Positions 35,666 through 49,076 of a stretch of 64,000 nt of DNA are shown here, piece by piece (the stretch's first letter is position 1; each line of letters begins with the position of its first letter). Under the pieces are notes generated by a model, which had not been told where the DNA came from, did no database searches, and saw nothing but the letters and a program-made list of their open reading frames with translations. The translations under genes were made by a program, and so were the position numbers. Source of the DNA: a candidate division CPR2 bacterium GW2011_GWC2_39_10 (GTDB lineage Bacteria; Patescibacteriota; CPR2); contig LBVV01000009.1 in NCBI GenBank assembly GCA_000993275.1, positions 2,897-66,896 of the forward strand. The letters run 5' to 3'.

Positions 35666-36642
35666 ATGGCAATTATAGAAGTGAAAAATTTAGTAAAAAA
35701 TTTTCCTTATCACGAAAAAAGGCGGGTCTTAAAGATTCGGTTAAGAATTTATTTGTTAGGGAAAGACTAATCAAAGAAGCGGTTAACGGTATTTCTTTTG
35801 AGATTGACGAAGGAGAGATGGTGGGTTTTATTGGTCCAAACGGTGCCGGCAAAACAACCACTTTAAAGATACTTTCCGGAATTATGTATCCGACGTCCGG
35901 CAAAGTTAGGGTAGATGGATTTATCCCATGGGAAAGAAAAAAAGAATATCAGAGGCAGATATCAATTGTAATGGGACAGAAAGCTCAGCTTTGGTGGGAT
36001 TTGCCGCCGATGGATTCCTTTATTCTAATTAAAGAAATTTATCAGATACCCAAAAAACAGTTTGAAGAAAAGGTAGGCGCTCTAATTGATCTATTAGATA
36101 TTAAAGAGCAACTCGCAACTCAGGTTAGAAAATTATCCTTAGGTCAAAGAATGAAATGTGAAATAATTGCGGCCTTGCTTTATGGTCCAAGAATTTTATA
36201 TCTGGACGAACCAACTATCGGAGTTGATCTTGTAACTCAGGAAAAAATCAGAAATTTCTTAAAAGATCATAACGATAGGGAAAAAACTACCATCATTTTA
36301 ACTTCTCATTATATGCAGGACATAGAAAGAGTTTGCGACAGGGTAATATTTATCGATCGCGGTAAAATAATTTTTGATGGCCAAATTTCTACTTTGTATG
36401 ATAAATATGCCAAAGAAAAAAATTTAGAACTTTTGTTTAAGAAGCAAGTTGCCGCGAAAGACCTCGAAGTTTATGGCCAACTTACAAAATTGGAAGGCAA
36501 AAAAGCCATAATTAAGGTTGAAAGAAATAAAAGCCCCGAGATAGCCGGCAAAATTTTAAGTAAGTTACCGGTAGAAGATATTTTAATAACGGAACCGGAT
36601 TTAGAAGAAATTATCCAGAGATTTTACGGCACTTCTTCTTGA
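35666..36642 (+). pseudogene. ABC transporter ATP-binding protein (COG4586-like) interrupted by a frameshift in an A6 run
   Basis: ATG 35666 gives MAIIEVKNLVKNFPYHEK, then a stop at 35774-35776. The -1 frame from 35716 reads KKAGLKDSVKNLFVRERLIKEAVNGISFEIDEGEMVGFIGPNGAGKTTT (Walker A) through 36642 (LSLGQRMK signature, ILYLDEPT Walker B). Confidence 0.85.
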
Positions 36643-36673
36643 ATGGTTTGCTGATTAGTCTTATGCTTAATAT

Positions 36674-37159
36674 ATGAAAAAAATATTTCCGATATTTTTA
36701 GTGAGTTTAGGTGCTGTTTTTTTGTTTTTTCATTGGCAAGATCAAAAAAACATGACCTTAAAAGTCATCAATAATTACCCTTACTATGAAAAAACTGCAT
36801 TTGATATGGCCAGGTTAAATTATGAGGATCATTTTTTAAAGTTAAAAAAGATTGTTATCTCTTTTGGAGGTCCGGGCGATCCCATAGCATATTATGTATA
36901 TAGCTCCAAATATTCGCCAAAAGCTTATATAGCGGTGCATTTAAAAAACGGCAATCAGGCCGTACCCGAAGAAAAAATTAAGAATTATATTGAACAAAAT
37001 GTTTTAAAAGGAGATGATTTATCAAGTGCGGATTTTGTTGAATTTACAAAAAACAACCTAGGAAAAAAAACTTATCTAACGGAAATTGAGAAACAAAATT
37101 CTCAAATAAAATTTAAGGCTTGCAATATAGGCAAAAATGGTAGTATCATATGCGCATAA
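36674..37159 (+). CDS. Hypothetical secreted protein
   Basis: 161 aa with an N-terminal signal-like segment. No family recognised. Confidence 0.45.
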   Translation: MKKIFPIFLVSLGAVFLFFHWQDQKNMTLKVINNYPYYEKTAFDMARLNYEDHFLKLKKIVISFGGPGDPIAYYVYSSKYSPKAYIAVHLKNGNQAVPEEKIKNYIEQNVLKGDDLSSADFVEFTKNNLGKKTYLTEIEKQNSQIKFKACNIGKNGSIICA

Positions 37160-37172
37160 AGTCTATTTTGAA

Positions 37173-37201
37173 TTGACAATTGTGGATAAAGTACCTATAG
37201 T
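37173..37201 (+). promoter_or_regulatory. Sigma70-type promoter at the start of the surface-protein island
   Basis: ttgaca (37173-37178), 17-nt spacer, tatagt (37196-37201). Confidence 0.55.
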
Positions 37202-37262
37202 ACATTTAGGTTAATATCGGCTTCTAATTTTAGAATGCGAAAGTATAAAAGAGGAGTATTAA

Positions 37263-38201
37263 ATGAGAAAAAAGGTTTTCAAGCTTGTGGTTGGGATTTT
37301 TGCATTAGCGGCAATACTGGCAATGCCCAAACACATTTATGCGGAGGGTGATACGGGGGGAGCGCGTGGAATAACCATAGTCCCTTTAAATTTCGAGTTG
37401 TTTGCTAATCCGGGAGAAAGTATTACCGACAAGGTTAGAGTTACCAACACATCCGATGTCGAAGGTAGTTATCAAATTCTAATCCAAGATTTTGCGGCTA
37501 CGGGCGAAGAAGGCAATGTATCTTTATTTGAGGATGATCAAACTAACCACAGCTTTTCTTTGGCTAAGTGGATTCAGCCGGAGCCCAAAAATTTTACCCT
37601 GAAAGCAAAAGAAGAGAAAACCATATATTTTACTATAAATGTACCCAAAGATGCTGAACCGGGCGGCCACTATGCATCTGTTTTGGTTAATATGGGCGGT
37701 GATGTAAAGCCAAGCGGCGGTGCGTCAGTTGCTTCCAGAATTGGATCTCTCATTCTTCTAAGAGTTTCCGGCAATATCAGAGAAGAAGCTAATATAGAGT
37801 CCTTTACCGCACCGAGTTATTCCGAAAAGAGTCCAATCGAATTTGATTTAAGAGTAAAAAATACCGGCAATAATCACATCAGACCAAAAGGCACCATTGT
37901 TATCACAAATATTTTAGGCCAAAAAGTTACCGAAGTTCCCTTGGACGGTTTAAATGTTTTGCCGAATGCTATTAGAAAAATACCAACCACTTGGAAACCG
38001 AATCAAATGTTGGCAGGACGTTACACGGCAACTCTGGTAGCTAACTATGGTTCATCAAACAAGCAATTAACATCGACAGTATCATTTATAGTTTTTCCTA
38101 AATGGCTTGCATTAGTTGTTGGTACAGGTATTATTTTGCTTGCTGTTGTTATATCAAACAAGAAAGCAGTTAAAAAATTACTGCATAAGTTAACTAAATA
38201 A
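37263..38201 (+). CDS. Surface protein, DUF916/DUF3324-like (CscA-like), C-terminal TM anchor; paralog 1
   Basis: 312 aa. Signal peptide, two beta-sandwich-like halves (ITIVPLNFELFANPGESITDKVRVTN...INVPKDAEPGGHYASVLV; RVKNTGNNHIRPKGTIVITN...LAGRYTATLVANY), then a TM segment plus a KK tail. Alignable to 56191-57129 along its full length. Confidence 0.6.
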   Translation: MRKKVFKLVVGIFALAAILAMPKHIYAEGDTGGARGITIVPLNFELFANPGESITDKVRVTNTSDVEGSYQILIQDFAATGEEGNVSLFEDDQTNHSFSLAKWIQPEPKNFTLKAKEEKTIYFTINVPKDAEPGGHYASVLVNMGGDVKPSGGASVASRIGSLILLRVSGNIREEANIESFTAPSYSEKSPIEFDLRVKNTGNNHIRPKGTIVITNILGQKVTEVPLDGLNVLPNAIRKIPTTWKPNQMLAGRYTATLVANYGSSNKQLTSTVSFIVFPKWLALVVGTGIILLAVVISNKKAVKKLLHKLTK

Positions 38202-38262
38202 TAACTTACTTGAGCTTTTGTTAACAAAGCTCTTAGGGGGTGGCAAGAGTTTGGGTTTGGGT

Positions 38263-39498
38263 ATGAGAAAACTTACAAAGAATATAATAGTTGGTGTCAC
38301 CCTGTTTATTGCCTTCTTTGTCTTTTCGGCTGACAAGGCAAGCGCTGCGGTTCAGGGGCTAAATTTCCCAAGAGATACAATTAACACGGGTAATCCCGAA
38401 GCATACGCCCAGCATTTAATTAAATTCGGACTGCCTTTAGAATCTCTACAGGTAAGTGCCGGCGACTATATTTTAATAGATTTTCCATTTTATTCATCGC
38501 TGACCGAGCCAACTTTTTTGAGTGGTTCTTTTACGGGGAATCCGGTTTTTAGCGTGATTGATAAGAGAATTAGAATTACCGGCATAGAACTGTTGCCGGG
38601 TAAAACGTTGCAAATTAATGGTATTAATGCCTATAATCCGGCCAATAGGGACGAATATGACGTTTATATTCGTATTTCTTCTGATCCGGACGGAATAGTT
38701 ACTAGAAATATGGCCCAGATCATAGCCACGCCGACCGATAATTCGGTCTCAGTTTCAGCCACAATAATGGCCAATGTTGGAACTCTAAAAGTAACAGGCT
38801 ATGCCGCTCCGGGACTTTTTTTGACATTTTCGGAAAACGGTACCATTATCGGCACCACTACCGGCACGCCCACCGGAACATTTTCTCAAATCTTTCCCGG
38901 CATTAATCCGGTTCAGCACACCATTATTATATTTGGTACGGATTCCGTAAATAGAACCACATCTCCCGTGACGATAGAGGCATTCACCAGGGTTAGGGAA
39001 TTGACCATAGTATCCGGCGTATTAATGCCGCCAACCATGTCTATTGATAAAGATCAAATTACTCAAGGGGAGTCCTTAACTATCTCAGGGATGGGCGTAC
39101 CTGGTCACATGATTATTATTTATACTCAACCGGCTCCCGATGAAAGCTATCAGACTGCGCCGGAATTGGATGGGGCTTGGTCTCATACTATTACCGATAC
39201 ATCCAGTTTCGAGATTGGCGTTCATTCGGTTTGGGCGATTGATCAAGATATTTTTGGAGGGCAAAGCTTGTATAGCCGTACTTTGGATTTTAGAGTGACG
39301 CAGGCCTTGCCACCAAACCCCGGTCCTCCTTGCGATATAGAAAAAGGCGATTTATCCTGTGACTTGCTTGTTAATATCGTAGATTTTTCGATTCTTTTAT
39401 ATTATTGGGGCACCAATAACGGTGTTGCCGATATCAATGCTGATGGCAGCGTCAATCTCATCGATTTCTCTGTCATGATGTTCTATTGGCAAGGATAA
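38263..39498 (+). CDS. Secreted protein with C-terminal dockerin-like module
   Basis: ATG 38263 precedes a signal peptide (...FSADKASA). The C-terminus GDLSCDLLVNIVDFSILLYYWGT...ADINADGSVNLIDFSVMMFYW shows the duplicated EF-hand-like dockerin repeat. Confidence 0.65.
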   Translation: MRKLTKNIIVGVTLFIAFFVFSADKASAAVQGLNFPRDTINTGNPEAYAQHLIKFGLPLESLQVSAGDYILIDFPFYSSLTEPTFLSGSFTGNPVFSVIDKRIRITGIELLPGKTLQINGINAYNPANRDEYDVYIRISSDPDGIVTRNMAQIIATPTDNSVSVSATIMANVGTLKVTGYAAPGLFLTFSENGTIIGTTTGTPTGTFSQIFPGINPVQHTIIIFGTDSVNRTTSPVTIEAFTRVRELTIVSGVLMPPTMSIDKDQITQGESLTISGMGVPGHMIIIYTQPAPDESYQTAPELDGAWSHTITDTSSFEIGVHSVWAIDQDIFGGQSLYSRTLDFRVTQALPPNPGPPCDIEKGDLSCDLLVNIVDFSILLYYWGTNNGVADINADGSVNLIDFSVMMFYWQG

Positions 39499-39655
39499 AG
39501 ACCGCTAACGCGGAATATCAAATTAAAAATGTCAAATGTCTAATGAAATTCTAATGATTAAATTCCGAAAATTAAGATTTAAGATTTTGACATTCATTTG
39601 TAATTGACATTTGACATTAAGATCTTCATATCTTCCAAATTTCACAAATTCGTTA

Positions 39656-39771
39656 TGTCATTCCAAACTCGACTACAGAATCTAGGAAGAATGGATTCCT
39701 GGTCAAGCCTGCCTCGCTTTGCTCATCAAGGCGGGCCAGGAATGACAAGTTGGGATTGTGAGCAGTTACAG
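39656..39771. repeat. Family B variants plus gattgtgagcagttacag module
   Basis: tgtcattccaaactcgactacagaatctagg. The reverse-orientation copy ends ...ggccaggaatgacaag. gattgtgagcagttacag (39754-39771) is identical to 22433-22450. Confidence 0.8.
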
Positions 39772-39844
39772 TTATGTCTCTTGACTAAAATCGTTTGCTT
39801 GTGATCTTTAAGTTTGTTAAAATTGATGCTAGAGAGCGCAAAGG

Positions 39845-41758
<1,914 letters not shown>

Positions 41759-41767
41759 GAGGGTATT

Positions 41768-42304
41768 TTGGCTGATTGGTTAATAAATATATTTATCACA
41801 TCCGTGTGTTTATTCACTTTGGGCTTATATTTTACTTACAGGGAAAGAGAACTGGAAGCAATTGCCAAAAGTAAGCTTGATGAAACTAAAGAAAAATACT
41901 TGGATCAAATTGCCAAAAGAAAAGCCAGGGAAAGAGAAGAAATAAGTAAATTACAAGCTATTGTTGCAGAAATTGAAAAGAAACATCAGGAAGTGGAAGT
42001 GGCGAGGCAAAATATTGGGCAAGGATCCGAGAGGGGTGCCGGTCAAAATGTATCCAATGTATCCACGGAAGAAGCTGAAAAAATTCTTGAAAGCGCAAGG
42101 GAAAGAGCAGCGGAAATTGAAGAAGAGGCGAAGAAAAAAGCTGACGAGTTTTTAGACAAACAAAAGAAGGAAGTTCAAACGAAAATGGTTGATTTGGTAA
42201 TGGGCGTAGTCAAAAAAGTTATTGGCCAGTTAGTAAGCTATGAGGATCACAAGAAAATAATTAAATCGGCGTTGGATGATATGGAGGGGGAGGGCAAGCG
42301 TTAG
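41768..42304 (+). CDS. atpF: F-type ATPase subunit b-like
   Basis: TTG start, single N-terminal TM helix, then a long charged coiled coil ending in ...VDLVMGVVKKVIGQLVSYEDHKKIIKSALDDM. Position is between c and delta. Confidence 0.75.
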   Translation: MADWLINIFITSVCLFTLGLYFTYRERELEAIAKSKLDETKEKYLDQIAKRKAREREEISKLQAIVAEIEKKHQEVEVARQNIGQGSERGAGQNVSNVSTEEAEKILESARERAAEIEEEAKKKADEFLDKQKKEVQTKMVDLVMGVVKKVIGQLVSYEDHKKIIKSALDDMEGEGKR

Positions 42305-42843
42305 TGAAAACCATAAAGGATCATATAGATACAATCCTAGGTTCCATACATTCCAAGAAGGATTTGGATGAGGCGGTTTTTTGTGTGTGTTCTTTCGCCG
42401 AGCTTGTAGATTATAAGTCGGTTGGCGGCGACCAAAGCCAGAAAAGAAAACTCTTAATTGCCTCGGAAGTTAAAAATATCCAATCTGTTATTATCGGGGA
42501 TTATTTTACTAAACTTGTGAAGGCAAACCAAATGTGGCTTTTCGAGCCGTCACATTTTGCCGATTTTAATACGGCACTAAGTAGCATGGCATCTGAAACG
42601 TCAGCTATCGACTTAAAAGTAGCCATCGATTTAAAAGAAAGTGATATCCGGGAAATTGCCGATTATTTTTCCGCGAAGCAGCAGCATAAAGTCATCTTAA
42701 ATATTTCAGTTGATAAGTCGCTAATTGGCGGCGCCATAATAAAAAAGGATAATTACATAATGGACTTTTCCTTAAAAAATAAGCTTTCTACCTTAAGCGC
42801 TCAATGGAAAAAGTCTATTAAATTAAGTAAAGCCGATGAGTAA
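42304..42843 (+). CDS. atpH: F-type ATPase subunit delta (OSCP)-like
   Basis: GTG start overlapping the atpF stop. 179 aa. The C-terminal LIGGAIIKKDNYIMDFSLKNKLSTL matches the delta signature (GG-x-I-x-x-x-x-x-x-D-x-S). Confidence 0.75.
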   Translation: MKTIKDHIDTILGSIHSKKDLDEAVFCVCSFAELVDYKSVGGDQSQKRKLLIASEVKNIQSVIIGDYFTKLVKANQMWLFEPSHFADFNTALSSMASETSAIDLKVAIDLKESDIREIADYFSAKQQHKVILNISVDKSLIGGAIIKKDNYIMDFSLKNKLSTLSAQWKKSIKLSKADE

Positions 42844-44590
42844 AAGCATAGTCGATTTTTTAAATGAAATTGATGAAAAACCAAAAGATAAGGCAGCGCC
42901 TAAAAAGAAAAAAAAGACGGTTGCTGCATTTAAGCCTTCTTTAAATTCCCCAAAAACTGTTAAAAATATTTCTAAAGTTTTGGAAGAATCAATGCCGGTA
43001 AACGAGTTGTCGCCGGATATAGTTGAGGTGGGCGAGGTTGTTTATATCGGTGATGGTGTCTGCAAGATTGAAGGCTTATCTAACGCTCGAATTGACGACG
43101 TTTTAAAAATTGAAACAGAAAAAGGTGAGGTTTTAACGTTGGTTCTGGGTATGTCGGACAGTCTGGTAGAAACAGTTGTTTTGGGAGACTATTTTGGCAT
43201 CAAAAAGGGGCAAAATGTTATTTCAACCAGAAAGACTTTAAAAATTTCCAGTGGCGAAGATATTTTAGGAAGAGTAATTTCTCCAATCGGAAAACCCTTG
43301 GACGGCAGGGGCCCGATTAAAGGGGGGAAAATGATGCAGGTTGAACGTCCTGCGCCGCCCGTTTATATGCGCTCTCCGATAGTGGATCAATTAAAGACTG
43401 GTTTTCTGGTGGTTGACTCTATTATTCCTGTCGGTCTTGGGCAGAGGGAGTTGGTAATAGGCGATAGAAAGACCGGCAAAACAAGATTTATGGCTGACGT
43501 AATATGCAACTTAAAGGGAGCCGGCATCTATTGCGTATATGTTGCTATTGGTGCTCAAAAAGCAAAAGTCAAGGGATTCACCGAATATTTGGATAGGTTT
43601 GGTGCTTTAGAATATACGGCAATTGTTATGAGTAGCTCGGATGATCCGCCATCTTTAAATTATTTGGCGCCGTATGCCGGATCTGCCTTGGCGGAATATT
43701 TTTTAGATCAGGGAAAGAATGCTTTAGTGATATATGACGATTTATCAAAACACGCCAAAGCTTATCGCCAGATGGCACTTCTTTTAAAAAGATCTCCGGG
43801 GCGAGATGCCTATCCCGGCGACATTTTCTTTTTGCATTCAAGGCTTTTAGAACGAAGCGCCAAGCTTTCTGGACAGTATGGCGGGGGTTCCATTACAGCC
43901 CTTCCGATGGCGGAAACGCAAAACGGTGATATTTCCGAATACATCACTACCAACTTGATGTCTATTACCGACGGCCACATCTACTTGGACAGTCTTATGA
44001 TGCACGATGGTATTCTGCCGGCAGTTAATTCCGGAGCATCGGTTTCTCGTATTGGCGGCAGCATTCAGCCGCCTATGCTTAGAAAACTGGCTGAGCTTGC
44101 AGCGGGTCAGTTAGCCAGGTATAACGAGGTAAAATCCTATGAAATAATGAATACGGAAATATCCATAGAAACAGAAAGAGAAATTGCTAAAGGCAAAAGA
44201 ATCTTAGAGATTTTCACGCAAAAATCAGGTATTAATTATTTGCAAGATGAAGAAGTTTTGCTCCTATATTTAGTGACTACCGGCCTCTTGGACTTTATCG
44301 ATTTGTCGGTCGTAACTAACATTAAAAGTGAAATAATTGAATTTTATCGGAACAATAGAGATAACTTTTCCGATTTTGCTAAAGGCGCTTTAAGCGTTAT
44401 GAAAAGTGTTGATGAAATAAAACCGTTTGCCGATCACCTTATTGAGGGATTTTATGCTAAATCCGAATCCGAAAGTGCTAAAACTTTAAAAAATGCCTAT
44501 TTGAAAGATGTAGAGGATAAAGAGACAAAGGAAAAAGAAAAGGCAAGTAAGGAAGCGGAAAATAAAGCTAAAGAAGGCGATAAAACGTAA
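42836..44590 (+). CDS. atpA: F-type ATPase subunit alpha, with K-rich N-terminal and KE-rich C-terminal extensions
   Basis: GDRKTGKT Walker A, LVIYDDLSKHAKAYRQMALLLKRSPGRDAYPGDIFFLHSRLLERSAK, ITALPMAETQNGDISEYITTNLMSITDGHIYL. Confidence 0.93.
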   Translation: MSKSIVDFLNEIDEKPKDKAAPKKKKKTVAAFKPSLNSPKTVKNISKVLEESMPVNELSPDIVEVGEVVYIGDGVCKIEGLSNARIDDVLKIETEKGEVLTLVLGMSDSLVETVVLGDYFGIKKGQNVISTRKTLKISSGEDILGRVISPIGKPLDGRGPIKGGKMMQVERPAPPVYMRSPIVDQLKTGFLVVDSIIPVGLGQRELVIGDRKTGKTRFMADVICNLKGAGIYCVYVAIGAQKAKVKGFTEYLDRFGALEYTAIVMSSSDDPPSLNYLAPYAGSALAEYFLDQGKNALVIYDDLSKHAKAYRQMALLLKRSPGRDAYPGDIFFLHSRLLERSAKLSGQYGGGSITALPMAETQNGDISEYITTNLMSITDGHIYLDSLMMHDGILPAVNSGASVSRIGGSIQPPMLRKLAELAAGQLARYNEVKSYEIMNTEISIETEREIAKGKRILEIFTQKSGINYLQDEEVLLLYLVTTGLLDFIDLSVVTNIKSEIIEFYRNNRDNFSDFAKGALSVMKSVDEIKPFADHLIEGFYAKSESESAKTLKNAYLKDVEDKETKEKEKASKEAENKAKEGDKT

Positions 44591-44615
44591 GGAAAAAGAA
44601 AGGGTAAAATAAAAA

Positions 44616-45494
44616 ATGCCGACGCTAAATGAGGTTAAAGAACAAATTGCGGTTGTAGGATCTGTGGGTGATTTTGCCAATGCGCTCCAACAAATTGCGG
44701 CAATGCGGATGGTAGCCCTGCGAAACCAGGTCTTAAACAGCAAGAGGTTTGTAGATGAGGCAACCGAAATTTTAAAAGAACTTAAATATTATCGTGAACT
44801 TTTATTTTTGGAAGAATACGAAAGAACCTCAAAAAAAGCATTTGGCAAGAACGAGAAAAAAGAGGAAAAGCCCATTAAAGATGCAGTAATGGTGGTGTCT
44901 TCAAACCAGGGTTTATGCGGTAGGTTCAACGCCGAAATATTTAAAAAAATGGAAAACTATATTTTTCCTAGAAATCCGGATGCCGATTATTATCTTTTAG
45001 GCAAAAAATGTCAGGAGCATTATTTGTCGTCTAAAAGGTTTAAGTTAAAGTTTTTCCCATATAACGTACCCGATAATTTTACAGCAAAAGATTTGATAAG
45101 GCTAACGGGTGTCTTTTCTCACTACAATAAAATTATTTTAATTTATACGAGGTATATAAACACTGTTAACAGTCAAGTAGTCGAAACTTTATTAGTTACA
45201 CCGCCAACCCCCATAGAGAAACAAAAAAAGGGTGACAAGGTTCAATATTTATTTGAACCTTCAATCGAAGATTTAATTATTGATGCTTCCGCTAAGTTGA
45301 GGGCGGCGGCATTTCAGCAGCAGATATTGGATTCAAGGCTGGCCCAATATTCAGCGCAAATGGTGGGTATGCAAGGAGCCTCAGAAAACGCCAAAGTAAT
45401 GCTTGATGATCTCGGGCACGAATATAATAAGCAAAGAAGAAAAATGATTGATAAAAAAATTGGGGAAGTTTTTGCCGGAAGCGCTTTATGGTAG
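44616..45494 (+). CDS. atpG: F-type ATPase subunit gamma
   Basis: N-terminal IAAMRMVALRNQV... and C-terminal SENAKVMLDDLGHEYNKQRRKMIDKKIGEVFAGSAL helices, with the SSNQGLCGRFNAEIFK core. Confidence 0.9.
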   Translation: MPTLNEVKEQIAVVGSVGDFANALQQIAAMRMVALRNQVLNSKRFVDEATEILKELKYYRELLFLEEYERTSKKAFGKNEKKEEKPIKDAVMVVSSNQGLCGRFNAEIFKKMENYIFPRNPDADYYLLGKKCQEHYLSSKRFKLKFFPYNVPDNFTAKDLIRLTGVFSHYNKIILIYTRYINTVNSQVVETLLVTPPTPIEKQKKGDKVQYLFEPSIEDLIIDASAKLRAAAFQQQILDSRLAQYSAQMVGMQGASENAKVMLDDLGHEYNKQRRKMIDKKIGEVFAGSALW

Positions 45495-45512
45495 AGATAG
45501 GCTAAAAGTTAA

Positions 45513-46905
<1,393 letters not shown>

Positions 46906-46921
<16 letters not shown>

Positions 46922-47262
46922 AAGAGATTAAACCCCAAGAGGAAGCTGAAAAACAGAACAAAGATACTCCGGAATTTGTGGCTAAGGAAAAACAGGACTT
47001 GGCCGCAAAAGAATTTCCGGAAACTTTTAATTTGGTAATTGTTGATATGGACAGGGTAACCTTCGAGGGGCCGGCAAAATCCCTCATTGCTCCCGGATCG
47101 AATGGAAATTTTGCCATTTTGCCCGGGCATACGCCTTTATTTGCTAAAATCGATTCGGGCAAGCTTTTCATCGAACATAAATTTGGCACTGAGGAATTAC
47201 AGATAAAGGGCGGTATTGCTAAAATTAATCAATTTCAGGTAACAATATTGGTGGATTTTTAA
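46906..47262 (+). CDS. atpC: F-type ATPase subunit epsilon (beta-sandwich only), with acidic N-terminal extension
   Basis: FNLVIVDMDRVTFEGPAKSLIAPGSNGNFAILPGHTPLFAKIDSGKLFI is the epsilon N-terminal domain. No C-terminal helical hairpin. Overlaps the atpD end by 16 nt. Confidence 0.85.
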
Positions 47263-47310
47263 TAAGTCCAGTAAAATATAAACATATTTTATAGGTACCT
47301 AAAAATTATG

Positions 47311-47339
47311 TTGACATGTTTTTAAGCATTATTTATTAT
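47311..47339 (+). promoter_or_regulatory. Sigma70-type promoter with ~200-nt leader before the WxL-like gene
   Basis: ttgaca (47311-47316), 17-nt spacer, tattat (47334-47339). Confidence 0.55.
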
Positions 47340-47536
47340 AGATATAACTTGTTTAAGCAAAGGCAAGTTTTATAAGCAGTTAGTTTATTAATAACCAAAT
47401 AAAAAATAGCAAAGAGTTGGCAAAGGAGGTGAATATAGGAGCATAAACTTCTATTACGTGCGTGTAAATTTGAAAAAACCATCAATTAACAGGGGGAATG
47501 AAAACAAATATTATTTAAAATTTAAAAGGAGAGAAG

Positions 47537-48685
47537 ATGTTACAACGCTTCCAAAAATTACTGGTCTACACCACTGCTGTAATGGCAATGTTTGTAAACG
47601 GCCTACCGGCAATGGCGGCCGATAAGTTAGACGATACAAACGTCAGGCTATCTGAGCCAAGAGCCAGCCAATCGTCCACCTATACTTTTGCAACCAAGGC
47701 TAAAACCACCGGTTCAATAAAAGGTATTAAAATGAAATTTAGAAGAGAGGCCTCTAACGGTCAGCAGCACCCAACGGATATGACTCAAACCAGTGCCGCA
47801 AAAGGCACCATGACAGGCGGCCTTACTGCAGCCAATTACACTCTAGACAGGACAACCGATGCCGGAACCGGTATTTTATACCTGCAAAATAACACTGGCG
47901 ATACTATAAATGGCGGGACTAGCATTACCTGGGAAGTTACCGGTATGGGCAATCCGTCAATTGGCGCAACTAACGCCGGTTGTACCCCAAGCTCAAATAA
48001 TTCCAGCGGTACTTGCTACCTAAGAATTCTTACTTTTAACACCGATACTTTAGCAGATCTTCAGGCAGAAACTCCTGCTAACATATTAGACACTGCCACC
48101 GTATCTTACACTGTTACTTCCGATGTTACCGTAACTGCCACCGTAGATCCGTCGCTTACCTTCACCGTAACCGGTGTCGCTTCCGGTGCAAGTGCTAACG
48201 GTCAGACCACTTCTCACACTTCAACCTTTACCACTTTACCCTTCGGTAATTTAGCAACCAATACCCCGAAGTATTTGGCTCATGACTTAACTGTTAGAAC
48301 CAATGCTACTAAGGGCTATCAGGTAACAATGAAAATGAGAGATGACATGACCGGAACTTATGCGGCGAACAACATTGATCCATACGTTGGTAACGCTGCT
48401 ACTTGGGCTGTTCCACAAGCTTGGACATCTCCAACTAGCGCAACTGCCAATGAGGACACAGGTTGGATTGGCGCCAATACTCCGGACACTGATGTATCCG
48501 GCTGGGCGGCACCATCCGGTAAATGGGGCCCTGTAAACGGTACCGAAAATCAAGTAATGCTTTCATCCGGTCCGGACATAGGCACTGTTGCAACCAGAAT
48601 CAGCTACACTATGGAAACCGACGTATATCAGCCAGCTGACAATTACACTGGATACCTAATATACAACTGCATCCCAACTTACTAA
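47537..48685 (+). CDS. Secreted surface protein, WxL-like C-terminal domain; paralog 1
   Basis: Signal peptide (...LPAMAADK). N-terminal module VRLSEPRASQSSTYTFATKA. C-terminal domain LTFTVTG...LPFGNL...LTVRTNATKGYQVTMK...TGWIGAN...ADNYTGYLIYNCIPTY. No membrane anchor. Confidence 0.55.
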   Translation: MLQRFQKLLVYTTAVMAMFVNGLPAMAADKLDDTNVRLSEPRASQSSTYTFATKAKTTGSIKGIKMKFRREASNGQQHPTDMTQTSAAKGTMTGGLTAANYTLDRTTDAGTGILYLQNNTGDTINGGTSITWEVTGMGNPSIGATNAGCTPSSNNSSGTCYLRILTFNTDTLADLQAETPANILDTATVSYTVTSDVTVTATVDPSLTFTVTGVASGASANGQTTSHTSTFTTLPFGNLATNTPKYLAHDLTVRTNATKGYQVTMKMRDDMTGTYAANNIDPYVGNAATWAVPQAWTSPTSATANEDTGWIGANTPDTDVSGWAAPSGKWGPVNGTENQVMLSSGPDIGTVATRISYTMETDVYQPADNYTGYLIYNCIPTY

Positions 48686-48709
48686 CAAAACCTAGTTAAG
48701 TTTAAAAAA

Positions 48710-48734
48710 GAAGACCCGCAAGGGTCTTCTTTTG
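48710..48734 (+). terminator. Rho-independent terminator
   Basis: gaagaccc-gcaa-gggtcttc perfect 8-bp hairpin followed by ttttg. Confidence 0.8.
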
Positions 48735-49076
48735 ATTCCGAGGAAAAACTAGAATTAAGAATAACGAATTATGAATTAATTATGCGAATGAAGAATAAGG
48801 GATAAGCAGGACTTACGTACATCAATATTGTTCGACCTTGCCTGCCTGCCCGAAGCAAAGCGGAGGAGGATGGAGAACTACATTAATGCAACTTCAGTGT
48901 CTGGCAGCTGCCGGATCCTGAAGAGTAAAATAAGCAGTTCTGCGTAAGTCCCATAAAGCAAAAAGTTCTATCTTCTAATATTCTATATTCCCATACTTAA
49001 TACCTTATACTAGATTCTTTATTCTTCCCCCTTCTCTTATTGCTTTTCTGTCTAAAATTAGGTTACAATTAGATCA

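Noticed and set aside
35714-35722. Programmed -1 ribosomal frameshift in the ABC ATPase, dnaX-like.
   Set aside because: It is not a clean X-XXY-YYZ heptamer in the zero frame (A-AAA-AGG). I saw no downstream stem-loop or upstream SD-like stimulator. A homopolymer indel is more parsimonious. It is kept only as a minor alternative.
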